From Candidatus Margulisiibacteriota bacterium (GTDB lineage Bacteria > Margulisbacteria > WOR-1 > CAVSGV01 > JBHPDX01), in NCBI GenBank assembly GCA_042577445.1, contig JBHPDX010000003.1, forward strand, positions 1 through 51,244: a stretch of DNA of 51,244 nucleotides. The letters run 5' to 3'. This document shows, piece by piece, positions 19,187-28,269 of the stretch (positions are counted from its first letter, which is position 1; every line of letters begins with the position of its first letter). The position numbers were made by a program, and so were the translations under genes. The notes beneath the pieces were generated by a model. It ran no database searches. It saw only the letters and a list, made by a program, of their open reading frames with translations, and had not been told where the DNA came from.

Positions 19187-20845
19187 TTAGACCGCTCCCC
19201 TCTCGTTCAACAGCCAATTGGCCATCTTCATGCCGTGGTCGCCGATACGCTCAAGGTTGCTTATGATCTCAACAAATACGATCCCCGCCGCTGAATCACA
19301 TTGTCCGTTCTTAAGCCGCCTTATATGGTCGGCCCTGAATTTCACTTTGTAAACATCAACTTTAGCTTCACTTTCAAGTACCTTTTTGGCCAGATCATAA
19401 TCTCTCTTCTCAAAAGCCTCAACGCTGTTCTTGCACATCGCGCTCACTTCCTCATACATGGTCTTTAATTCTTTCTCGCCTTCTTCAGAAAACTTAACCT
19501 TTTCATCTATTTTTGCCTGGGCAAGCAGGACAATGTTCTCCGCGTAATCGCCTATTTTCTCGATGTCATTAACCAGGTGCATCAAGCTTGAGCTCTTGAT
19601 CGAATCCTCTTTGGTCAGTTCCTTTTCTTCCAGGTTAACAAGGAACTCAATGATCTCTTTTTGCAGCTCATCCAGTACCGATTCCCTGTCCAGGACCCTT
19701 CTTAATTTGAACTTCTTTTTATCAAAAAATCCCGCCATCGAATAATCTATCATCTCGTTCGCGATCCTGGCCATTCGGATCGTCTCCATGCGCGCCTGTT
19801 CAAAAGCAATTGAAGGGACTTCGAGCATCCTTGGGTCTATATGCTTTGCCCCATGCTCAACAACTTCTTCCTCTCCCCTCACGACCATCTTTGAAAGTTT
19901 TGCGACTATCCCTATCAATGGAATGAACAAGAACATGTCGATCACATTGAACAATGTATGTGAATTAGCTACATGACGCTCAATATTCTGTCCTAATGCC
20001 GCATTCCCGGGTGTTATAAAATCCACAAGTTTTAAAAATATAGGAACGCCGTCGATCTGTACGAAAAATAGCGCCATCATATAGCTGGCGCCAATTACTT
20101 TTATTATAGTATGCGCGATAGCGACCCTTCTGGCAGAAAGATTTGTCCCTATGCTGGCAATAACAGCCGTTATAGTAGTCCCAATATTGTCGCCTAAAAT
20201 AATCGGAAAAGCCCCATAGAAATCTATTAACCCTGCACCTGCCAACGCCATAGTTATACCTACCGTGGCGCTGCTGCTTTGAACGACTAACGTGATCAAT
20301 GTGCCGGCTAAAAGGCCGAGGAAAGGATTTTTACTGAACAATACAAAGTAATTTTGGATGGCTTCGCTTTCCTTTAAGAAGGAGAAAGTGCCTTTCATGA
20401 TAGACATTCCATAAAAGAGCAGCCCAAAACCAAGCAAGACCTGGCCTGCTGTTTTCCACTTTTTACCCTTGGCAAAGAGATATAACGGCGTGCCTATGCC
20501 GATAGCAGGGAGGGCATATTTATGTATCTGGAAAGCGATCAATTGTCCGGTTATTGTGGTTCCAACGGCGGTCCCTAATATAACCGATATCGCCTGCTGC
20601 AAATTCATTAACCCCGCGTTTACGAATCCTACAAGCATAACGGTTGTTGTGCTGCTGCTTTGTATGACAGCTGTAACAGTGAGGCCGGCTATTATTCCTT
20701 TAGCGGGATTACTGGTCAATGCCTGGAGAATTTTTCGAAGCCGTCCGCCGGCGTAATTCTGGAGGCCATCGGACATGAACTTCATGCCGATTATGAACAT
20801 TCCAAGTCCGCCGATTATGCCGAAAATAACTGATTGCACGTTCAT
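19187..20845 (-). CDS. Na/Pi cotransporter family protein with C-terminal PhoU domains
   Basis: Repeated QSSS motifs, GTAVGTT/GDNIGTT, two PhoU-like repeats (DIEKIGDYA, NLERIGDH). Confidence 0.93.
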   Translation of the reverse strand: MNVQSVIFGIIGGLGMFIIGMKFMSDGLQNYAGGRLRKILQALTSNPAKGIIAGLTVTAVIQSSSTTTVMLVGFVNAGLMNLQQAISVILGTAVGTTITGQLIAFQIHKYALPAIGIGTPLYLFAKGKKWKTAGQVLLGFGLLFYGMSIMKGTFSFLKESEAIQNYFVLFSKNPFLGLLAGTLITLVVQSSSATVGITMALAGAGLIDFYGAFPIILGDNIGTTITAVIASIGTNLSARRVAIAHTIIKVIGASYMMALFFVQIDGVPIFLKLVDFITPGNAALGQNIERHVANSHTLFNVIDMFLFIPLIGIVAKLSKMVVRGEEEVVEHGAKHIDPRMLEVPSIAFEQARMETIRMARIANEMIDYSMAGFFDKKKFKLRRVLDRESVLDELQKEIIEFLVNLEEKELTKEDSIKSSSLMHLVNDIEKIGDYAENIVLLAQAKIDEKVKFSEEGEKELKTMYEEVSAMCKNSVEAFEKRDYDLAKKVLESEAKVDVYKVKFRADHIRRLKNGQCDSAAGIVFVEIISNLERIGDHGMKMANWLLNERGAV

Positions 20846-20864
20846 CTAAGACCTCTTAAAAAGT

Positions 20865-20905
20865 AAAAAAGCACTTCCCTTATCAAGTAAGGAAAAGTGC
20901 CTTTT
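20865..20905 (-). terminator. Terminator hairpin inside the Na/Pi cotransporter 5' leader
   Basis: Minus strand GCACTTTTCCTTA-CTTGA-TAAGGGAAGTGC-TTTTTT, about 20 nt before the ATG. Confidence 0.7.
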
Positions 20906-20967
20906 GCCAACATTTCGCAACTTCTGCATCTATCTCCGCACAACTGTTTTTAATTCCACCGATTTGA

Positions 20968-20996
20968 ATTCTACTGGATTTTCTGTTAACATTCAA
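20968..20996 (-). promoter_or_regulatory. sigma70 promoter of the Na/Pi cotransporter
   Basis: Minus strand TTGAAT-17 nt-TAGAAT. Confidence 0.55.
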
Positions 20997-21065
20997 TACG
21001 TTTTTGAATATAAGATTGTGTATATTTATTAGCTGGATCAAAAAGATCGCAATTAGTATTTTCAA

Positions 21066-21140
21066 GGGCGCCTAGTTCAGTGGTAGAATGCTTCCCTCAC
21101 ACGGAAGAGGTCGTTGGTTCGATCCCAACGGCGCCCACCA
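21066..21140 (+). tRNA. tRNA-Val(CAC)
   Basis: GGGCGCC..CTTCC-CTCACAC-GGAAG..TTCGAT..GGCGCCCACCA. Confidence 0.96.
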
Positions 21141-21174
21141 TTTAAATAACTTCAGTTATGTTAAGGTTTTAAGT

Positions 21175-21211
21175 AGCCATCCAGACTGAGAAAGGATGGC
21201 TTTTATTTTTT
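21175..21211 (+). terminator. Intrinsic terminator after tRNA-Val(CAC)
   Basis: AGCCATCC..GGATGGCT followed by TTTATTTTTT. Confidence 0.65.
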
Positions 21212-21214
21212 AGC

Positions 21215-22552
21215 ATGAAAGCAACAAAAATAACACCATTATCTATCTACGAATCGATCACGGATAAGGAATATTCATTTCTGCTCGAAAGTCCGAATGC
21301 GGACAATAAGTTGGAAAGATATTCTTTTATCGGCTTTGATCCAGCATGCATCATCGAAAGCCGCGGTCATCAAACAGCGATAAAAGAGAACGGTAAAACA
21401 AGGACAGTCAGCGGAGATCCGTTTGAGATATTAAAAGATATCTTGAATAAACATCAATACCTGAAAAAACACACGAATTTGAGATTCCCCGGCGGTGCTA
21501 TTGGATATGTAAGCTACGATGCCGGCAGATTCATCGAGAAACTTCCTAATATCGCAAAAGATGACCTTGAGCTCCCGGATATGCTGTTCATCATCCCTAA
21601 AGAACTGATAATTTTCGATCATGGATCAGATAAGATAACAGCAACATCAGAAAAAGGAAGGCAGCTGATCGAAGAAGCTCAAACCAAATCAACCCTCTCA
21701 ACCATCCCAACCAAAAAAACCTTTAAACCCAACATATCCAAGAGAGATTTCAAGAAGATCGTAAGTAAGGCAAAAGAATACATCAAGAACGGCGATATTT
21801 ATCAGGTGAACCTTTCACAAAGACTAGAAACTGATGTCAGATCCGATCCTTTTCATATATATAAGACGCTGAGGAATGTTAACCCCTCCCCTTTTGCATC
21901 TTATTTAAATTTCGGAGATCTAAAGCTCATAAGCTGTTCCCCTGAAAGACAGATACTTCTTGAGAACGGCATCGCAGAGACCCGCCCCATCGCAGGGACA
22001 AGACCGAGAGGAAAAAATGAGGATCAGGATGACAAGCTTACAGGTGAATTACTGCTGAATGAAAAGGAAAGAGCCGAGCATATTATGCTGGTTGATCTTG
22101 AACGGAATGATATCGGTCGCGTTTGCGAATACGGCAGCGTTCATGCAGACGAATTAATGGTTGTCGAGAAATATTCCCATGTTATGCATATTGTTTCAAA
22201 TGTAAAAGGGAAAATAAGAAAAGATAAAGACCAATTCGATCTGTTCAAAGCTTGTTTCCCGGGAGGAACGATCACAGGCTGCCCTAAGATAAGATCGATG
22301 GAGATAATTGAGGAGCTGGAACCGGTGAAACGCGGGCCCTATACCGGAACGATCGGATACTTTGGATTTAACGGCAACATGGACATGAGCATCACCATCA
22401 GAACGATAGTTTTGAAGGATAAGAAAGCTTACGTCCAGGTCGGCGCAGGTATAGTGTTTGATTCCCAGCCTGAATTTGAGTATTATGAAACCCTGCATAA
22501 AGCACAGGCGATGTTGAAAGCGATAGAAATAGCTGAAGGAAGCAGTAAATGA
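21215..22552 (+). CDS. Chorismate-binding enzyme component I (PabB/TrpE family), probably ADC synthase PabB
   Basis: FLLES, GDIYQVNLSQ, SPERQ, PIAGTRPRG, EKERAEHIMLVDLERND, FPGGTITGCPK; followed by a class IV PLP enzyme. Confidence 0.9.
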   Translation: MKATKITPLSIYESITDKEYSFLLESPNADNKLERYSFIGFDPACIIESRGHQTAIKENGKTRTVSGDPFEILKDILNKHQYLKKHTNLRFPGGAIGYVSYDAGRFIEKLPNIAKDDLELPDMLFIIPKELIIFDHGSDKITATSEKGRQLIEEAQTKSTLSTIPTKKTFKPNISKRDFKKIVSKAKEYIKNGDIYQVNLSQRLETDVRSDPFHIYKTLRNVNPSPFASYLNFGDLKLISCSPERQILLENGIAETRPIAGTRPRGKNEDQDDKLTGELLLNEKERAEHIMLVDLERNDIGRVCEYGSVHADELMVVEKYSHVMHIVSNVKGKIRKDKDQFDLFKACFPGGTITGCPKIRSMEIIEELEPVKRGPYTGTIGYFGFNGNMDMSITIRTIVLKDKKAYVQVGAGIVFDSQPEFEYYETLHKAQAMLKAIEIAEGSSK

Positions 22553-23400
22553 CCATATACATCAACGGCAAATATGTTCAAAAAGAAAAAGCAAAGATAA
22601 GCGTCTTTGACCGGGGACTCCTCTACGGCGACGGCCTGTTCGAATCGATCAGGACCTATGGGGGCAAGCCTCTTATGCTAGATGAACACCTGGACAGACT
22701 TTATGAAGCGGCTAAGACTATTTATCTGCAGATAGGAATATCAAAGAAAGCTCTTGCGCAAGCCGTACTTAAAACAATAAAGATCAACAGGTTCAAAGAA
22801 AGTTATATAAAGGTAATGGTCACAAGAGGCGTTTCCAGGACCCACGGATTGGACATTAAGAATGTTAAGGGTAAACCGACAATAATAATCATCGTGGACG
22901 AACTAAAAGAATGCCCACCGACCGTTTATTCTAAAGGCTGGAAAGCCATAATAACCAGCATCAAGAGAGAGGATACGCTGGCGAACATAAAATCGCTCAA
23001 CTATATCAACAATATAGAGGCAAAGATCGAGGCAAATAAACGTAAAGCTAATGAAGCATTTATGCTGACAGCTGATGGATATTTAAGCGAGGGCACAACA
23101 AGTAATCTCTTTTTCGTTAAGGGTAAAACTCTTTACACTCCCTCTCTTAGAACAGGTATATTAGAGGGGCTGACAAGAGGCGTCGTTATAAAATCAGCAA
23201 AAAAGCTAAAAATTAAGGTTGTGGAAGGCTTTTTCAAGAAAGAAAAGCTGTATAAGGCGGATGAATGCTTTGTTACATCATCCGGTCCTGGTATCATCCC
23301 CATTGTGAAGGTCGACGGCAGAAAAATAGGGAGAGGAAAGCCGGGCGTAATGACAATAATACTCATGGCGGCATATAAAGATGAAAAAACAAGCTTATAA
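22549..23400 (+). CDS. Class IV PLP enzyme (ADC lyase PabC / IlvE-like)
   Basis: DRGLLYGDGLFE, HLDRL, KSLNY, EGTTSNLF, ILEGLTR. Confidence 0.9.
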   Translation: MTIYINGKYVQKEKAKISVFDRGLLYGDGLFESIRTYGGKPLMLDEHLDRLYEAAKTIYLQIGISKKALAQAVLKTIKINRFKESYIKVMVTRGVSRTHGLDIKNVKGKPTIIIIVDELKECPPTVYSKGWKAIITSIKREDTLANIKSLNYINNIEAKIEANKRKANEAFMLTADGYLSEGTTSNLFFVKGKTLYTPSLRTGILEGLTRGVVIKSAKKLKIKVVEGFFKKEKLYKADECFVTSSGPGIIPIVKVDGRKIGRGKPGVMTIILMAAYKDEKTSL

Positions 23401-23704
23401 GATAATAACATTTATTCCTCAGACCCATCTTGAACAGATAAGGATCGCTATCTGCGATGCTGGAGCAGGAAAGATAGGGAAATATGACTCCTGCACCTTT
23501 ATGAGCTCCGGGATCGGCTCTTACAGACCTTTAAAAGGCAGTAAGCCATACGAGGGAGAAGAAAATAAGCTGCAGCGATCGGGAGAAGCCAAGCTGGAAA
23601 CATTTGTGGATAAGAAAAATCTGGAAAAAGTCATCAAAACAATAAGAAAATTCCATCCATACGAAGAGCCGCTTATCGAAGTATACAATGTAACGTTAAG
23701 GTAG
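23381..23704 (+). CDS. Stand-alone NIF3/YqfO central PII-like domain protein
   Basis: AGAGKIGKYDSCTF..G.GSYRPL.GS.P..HPYEEP. Confidence 0.85.
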   Translation: MKKQAYKIITFIPQTHLEQIRIAICDAGAGKIGKYDSCTFMSSGIGSYRPLKGSKPYEGEENKLQRSGEAKLETFVDKKNLEKVIKTIRKFHPYEEPLIEVYNVTLR

Positions 23705-24460
23705 CTGGATACGAAGCTTGCCTGTCTTAGGATTCTTCCTCACATTAACATTGACCCGATAGACCTTTTTAAGATTCTCATGCGTAAGAATATCTTTAGG
23801 CCAGCCGAAAGCGACGACCTCTCCTTTATTGTTCAAAAGCATTACCTTTCTGCAGAATCTGGAAGCCATGTTCAGATCATGGAAAGTGGCGATGATGCAT
23901 TTATCCTGACGAAGCTTCCGGAGCATGCGCAATATCCTGAGCTTGAAGCGAAGGTCTAAATGCGAGATCGGCTCATCCAGGATCATTACTTTCGAGTTCT
24001 GCGCCAAAGCTCTCGCAATTGCAACCCTTCTAAATTCACCGCCGGAAAGATTTGAGACAGGAATATCTTTTAATTCTCCTATTCTCAATTGCTCAATTGC
24101 TTTATCAACCACCTTGTAATCTTTTCCGCTCTCAAAAGCGAACCTTTTAATATGCGGTATCCTTCCAAGCATGACGGTATCTTCCACCGTGAATCCGTCG
24201 ATCGGCTCCATTAACTGCGGCACAAAAGAAACTTTTTTGGCCAGGTCGCCGCGCCTTATTTTTTGAACATCTTTCCCGCGTATCTTAACGAATCCGCCGT
24301 GAACTGTTATAAGGCCAAGAAGGGCTTTAAGAAGCGTAGTTTTTCCGCATCCGTTAGGCCCTACTATGCCGATAAAATCGCCGACTTCCGCCTCAAACGA
24401 GACATCTTTAACTATTACTTTTTCGTCATATCCCGCGCTTAAGGATTCAACGGTTATCAT
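23696..24460 (-). CDS. Cobalamin/iron-chelate ABC ATP-binding protein (BtuD/FecE-like)
   Basis: GPNGCGKT, LSGGE..RVAIARALAQ, LDEPISHLD, HDLNMA. Confidence 0.92.
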   Translation of the reverse strand: MITVESLSAGYDEKVIVKDVSFEAEVGDFIGIVGPNGCGKTTLLKALLGLITVHGGFVKIRGKDVQKIRRGDLAKKVSFVPQLMEPIDGFTVEDTVMLGRIPHIKRFAFESGKDYKVVDKAIEQLRIGELKDIPVSNLSGGEFRRVAIARALAQNSKVMILDEPISHLDLRFKLRILRMLRKLRQDKCIIATFHDLNMASRFCRKVMLLNNKGEVVAFGWPKDILTHENLKKVYRVNVNVRKNPKTGKLRIQLP

Positions 24461-25458
24461 CTACCGAACCTCCTGCGCCTCAATATATATAGAAAGAACG
24501 GTGCGCCGACAACTGCCATTACCATGCCGATTGGAAGCTCGGCCGGCATGAAAGCGACCTTTGCGACTATGTCAGCAAATAAAAGTATTACCATTCCGGT
24601 CAGAATAGAAACGATCATGAGCACCCTATGGTTCGGCCCCACAATAAGCCTTACAATATGCGGAACTATCAATCCGGCAAAGCCGATTATCCCGCAGATG
24701 GAAACCGCAGCTGCCGTCATGAATGATGCTATCCCAAGGAGAAATACCTTGACCCATTCAACCTCAACTCCCAAAGTCTTCGCCATGTCCTCGCCAAGCA
24801 GGAGTGCATTCAGGTCTTTTGAATAAAAGAAAGCAATAAATACCCCTACTACAACATACGGGATCATCGTATAAACACCTGTCCACGAAGCGTCCGCAAG
24901 ACTTCCAAGCAGCCAGAAATAAAGTGTCTGCATATTCCCTGTCAGAAGCACTACGAACACCAGAACAGCTGTTGCGAATGCGGAAACCGCAACGCCGGCA
25001 AGAATAAGCGCCTCGGGAGAAGCCCTCCCGCCAAAATTAGCAAGGCGGTAGACCACGAGCACTGCAAGTAAAGCAAATAAGAATGAAAGAAGCGGGGTCA
25101 GCTCCATCCCGTAAAACACTATGTTCAATCCAAGGATGATAGCTATGGCCGCACCTACAGCCCCGCCGGCGGAAACCCCCATAATATAAGGATCAGCCAG
25201 AGGATTCCTCAGAAGACCTTGAAGGATAACGCCTGATACAGCAAGCGCTGCTCCGACAAGAAGGGCAAGCAGGGTTCGCGGAAGTCTTATATTCCACACG
25301 ATAGTCGAAGCAGTTGAGCTGTCCGGTTGGATCAAAAGATTTAATACTTTTACGACGCCTATCCTGGCAGGGCCGACAGCAAGAGAAATGGAAACAAGGA
25401 TAACAAGTGAAGCGAGCAAGAGAGAAATTAACGGCAGCTGGTTCCTAACTTTTTTCAT
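24457..25458 (-). CDS. FecCD/BtuC family permease
   Basis: IRLPRTL, QGLLRNPLADP, LLGEDMAKTLG, GIIGFAGLIVPH, ELPIG, GAPFF. Confidence 0.93.
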   Translation of the reverse strand: MKKVRNQLPLISLLLASLVILVSISLAVGPARIGVVKVLNLLIQPDSSTASTIVWNIRLPRTLLALLVGAALAVSGVILQGLLRNPLADPYIMGVSAGGAVGAAIAIILGLNIVFYGMELTPLLSFLFALLAVLVVYRLANFGGRASPEALILAGVAVSAFATAVLVFVVLLTGNMQTLYFWLLGSLADASWTGVYTMIPYVVVGVFIAFFYSKDLNALLLGEDMAKTLGVEVEWVKVFLLGIASFMTAAAVSICGIIGFAGLIVPHIVRLIVGPNHRVLMIVSILTGMVILLFADIVAKVAFMPAELPIGMVMAVVGAPFFLYILRRRRFGR

Positions 25459-26419
25459 CCACTACCTCCGTTGTAGGGATATTATAAACGAAATCATATA
25501 TCTTGTTCAAGGCCGTAACCAGCCTCGGCCCGGGCCTTGATATTACGTCGGGATCAATGATCAGAACTTTTTTTGTGATGCCCGCGGAGGTATGCTTATA
25601 CTTATGGTCCTTATAGACGTCTTCCGGTTTTTTATATATATCTTCGGTGGTGATTATGATATCCGGATTGAACTTGAATATTTGTTCCTTTCCAAGTTTC
25701 GGGTATTTCACTTTTCCTTCTATCACGTTCTTCACGCCGATCGTTCTAAGCATGTCATCAATAAAAGTATTTTTCCCGACGGCAACGACCGGCCTCTTGG
25801 ATATAATGACCAGCGCCGTAGTTAGCTTGAATTTTTCGATCACTTCCTCTGTCCCCACCATAATTGTCCTCTGCGTGAATTTTCTGGACTGGACTTCTTT
25901 CCAGAGGATCTTGCGTTTCATCCACTCTGTCCTGCTGTACGCTGCATGATAGTTCGCTGTGATAATGCCAAGCTTTTCATACGCCTTAAAAAGAGCTTCT
26001 ATAGTAGTGGGATTAATAACAAAAACGGGGAGCTCATGTTTTCTGAATTTCTGTATATCCTTTTTCTGCGCATCGCCATCCATCACAATAAGGTCTGCCT
26101 CAAGGGAAATTATTTTTTCCAGGTTCATCCGCATGCCGCCTATCTTTTCTATCTCTTTTGCGTCATCGGGATAGTCGCAAAACTTTGTTACGCCGATTAT
26201 CTTTTCGCCTAATTTCATCGAGAAGAGCATTTCGGTTATGCCGGGCATAGTTGATATTATCTTTTCCGGTTTCTTTTTCATCTTGAACTGGTATCCGGAA
26301 TCGTCTTCCACTACAACAGGATAGATCACCCTATTGAATCTGGAAGCTATCGCTGATGTTGGGAATATTAACAACAGCGCCAACATTATTGCAAATAGTA
26401 ACAGCCTGTTCCTTAACAT
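25445..26419 (-). CDS. BtuF-like substrate-binding protein
   Basis: Signal peptide, IISTMPGITEMLF, GVTKFCDYP, SRPGPRL. Confidence 0.88.
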   Translation of the reverse strand: MLRNRLLLFAIMLALLLIFPTSAIASRFNRVIYPVVVEDDSGYQFKMKKKPEKIISTMPGITEMLFSMKLGEKIIGVTKFCDYPDDAKEIEKIGGMRMNLEKIISLEADLIVMDGDAQKKDIQKFRKHELPVFVINPTTIEALFKAYEKLGIITANYHAAYSRTEWMKRKILWKEVQSRKFTQRTIMVGTEEVIEKFKLTTALVIISKRPVVAVGKNTFIDDMLRTIGVKNVIEGKVKYPKLGKEQIFKFNPDIIITTEDIYKKPEDVYKDHKYKHTSAGITKKVLIIDPDVISRPGPRLVTALNKIYDFVYNIPTTEVVDEKS

Positions 26420-27309
26420 ACGGGCTCCTTTAAAAAATCGAGGTAATCCTTATTTGAGTTATTCACCAGTATTATAGCACCCTGCGCACATTTAAGTCTT
26501 CTGGATAGATGCATGCACTTGCACTTCAAAAGGAAATAAATATTCTTGCCCTGATCCTCTATCGTCTCAAAATTCCCCTGCCCTTTCGCGATCACCATGT
26601 CGGCTTCCTGATAAACTTTTTTGAATTCATCCGTCGTTTTAGATAGAACTGTCCCCGCCGTATCGGAGCCGCTCTCAATAACATCCGCCATTTTGGTCAT
26701 CTCAACGGATTCAGCATCTTCTAACAATGAATCATTTAAAATGGGCTTACTTTTTACCGCAAAGATCACTTTTTTACCCATCTTCCCTATTTCACTTACC
26801 AGAAGTTTATCAAAAACGATCTCTCCGGCATTATCTCCGATGTAGAGGATCTTCTTTGACCTCGACAGGTCCTTTTTGAACTTTTCATAATCATTTATCA
26901 TGAACTCCTGATCGAAGACCTCATTGATCGTCGCATTTACATCAAAGGTTTGATGCGCACCATAATCTATAACATTCCCCGCTATTGAAAGTTTTATGGC
27001 CGTAAGAAGCGGATCATCCGACTTCCGTACGATTGTCTCAAGTTCAGGGTATATGGACATGGCGAATTTATTGTCCTTCTCCTTGATATCCTTATAAAAA
27101 TCCCTTATGCCGGTTAATTTCGAAACGGCATGATGAACGAGCGTAGTAGCTTCAGGCGGGGTCATGGAGGTCACATCCGCACCCTTCAATATCCTAGAGG
27201 CCTCATCAATAATAGCCTTCTTTTTGCCTTCATCGCGGGCAAAAAGCCTGCTTCCGATCTCCTCCACCTGCCTAAGTATGCAGGGCACGCATTCCTTAAA
27301 ACTTTTCAT
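26413..27309 (-). CDS. DUF89/ARMT1-like damage-control phosphatase
   Basis: CVPC, AGNVIDYG, DNAGEIVFD, KGQGNFE, KC..; ATG 27309 follows TTGCTT-17-TAGTTT. Confidence 0.9.
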   Translation of the reverse strand: MKSFKECVPCILRQVEEIGSRLFARDEGKKKAIIDEASRILKGADVTSMTPPEATTLVHHAVSKLTGIRDFYKDIKEKDNKFAMSIYPELETIVRKSDDPLLTAIKLSIAGNVIDYGAHQTFDVNATINEVFDQEFMINDYEKFKKDLSRSKKILYIGDNAGEIVFDKLLVSEIGKMGKKVIFAVKSKPILNDSLLEDAESVEMTKMADVIESGSDTAGTVLSKTTDEFKKVYQEADMVIAKGQGNFETIEDQGKNIYFLLKCKCMHLSRRLKCAQGAIILVNNSNKDYLDFLKEPVC

Positions 27310-27357
27310 AGCATTCAAAACTAACAAAATAAAGGGATAAAAGCAAGGCAAATTTAC

Positions 27358-27385
27358 TGAAATTAAAGCAAAAATATGACGATTA
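27358..27385 (+). promoter_or_regulatory. sigma28/FliA-like promoter motif (copy 2)
   Basis: TGAAA-N15-GACGATTA. Confidence 0.55.
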
Positions 27386-27404
27386 AATAATATAGGGGGA
27401 TATT

Positions 27405-28259
27405 ATGGGTTTTCAGGGTGTTAGTCAGCTTCAAACTTTATTTTTAACCGCCAGACAGACTGGTGCGCATTTTTCTTTTGGGAATAACGCCCTTCCACGC
27501 TTTAATGACTTTACAAAAGTACAGTCCCTTACTTTTTTAAAAAGTACTCCGCTGGCCTCATCGATTTTTGAAAAAGCATCAATAACCCTAAGTAAGATCC
27601 AGCAGAAAAACCTGGGAGGGCCGTTCCCCGCCTCCTTCAACCTGGATATGGAAAAATTGACCCTGGTATCTTTAGATAAGCAGGAAATACCGCGCGAAAG
27701 GATAAATACTTTTATAAATGATATGGACCACGATAGAGCGGTAAGGTTTCTAAGAAAATTGGGCGCCTTGCAAAAGAATTATAAAAACCCAATAATAAAC
27801 TTTTTAGGCAAGCGCTTCATGAGCTGGATGCCAAGCGATATAGGCAGATTCATGGATAAATATTTCGAGGAGCTTATCTGCAACACAAGAAGGGGCGAAG
27901 TGTCCATACTGTTCAACAGGATAGATATAAAGGGGTCTGCAAGTCTGACAGAAGCGGTTAAAAAACATAAACTGGAAACGGACGGGCGTATATTACACTT
28001 ATTCATGGTGGCATTAGAAGCGGTTGCAGATGTGGCCCCCTATGATCTTGGGGTATCTTACAAGCTTAATCTCGCAAGGCTTACGCCTTTATGGCTGACA
28101 AAGCAGAATATAAATATCGATGAAGTCGACGAAACTATTGAAAGTTCAGATCACGACAGAATGATCAAATTCCTGGAAAAGATCAGGGCGCTGCGAATCA
28201 AATCAATAAGAGAACCTGTCAAAAGAAAGAAACAAATGGAACTCTTCTCGAAAGACTAA
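27405..28259 (+). CDS. Orphan protein with an internal ~47-aa duplication
   Basis: 284-aa ORF, SD AGGGGG; SFNLDMEKLT..DHDRAVRFLRKLGAL versus SYKLNLARLT..DHDRMIKFLEKIRAL. Confidence 0.75.
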   Translation: MGFQGVSQLQTLFLTARQTGAHFSFGNNALPRFNDFTKVQSLTFLKSTPLASSIFEKASITLSKIQQKNLGGPFPASFNLDMEKLTLVSLDKQEIPRERINTFINDMDHDRAVRFLRKLGALQKNYKNPIINFLGKRFMSWMPSDIGRFMDKYFEELICNTRRGEVSILFNRIDIKGSASLTEAVKKHKLETDGRILHLFMVALEAVADVAPYDLGVSYKLNLARLTPLWLTKQNINIDEVDETIESSDHDRMIKFLEKIRALRIKSIREPVKRKKQMELFSKD

Positions 28260-28269
28260 AGAAGGAAGC

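Noticed and set aside
20895-20935. ANTAR dual-hairpin target in the Na/Pi leader
   Set aside because: The candidate loops are 5 or 7 nt, not the AxxGxx hexaloops, and the stems are too weak.
18953-21140. Genomic island bounded by two tRNA-Val genes
   Set aside because: Both tRNAs are complete with different anticodons, there is no integrase, and no att duplication is seen.
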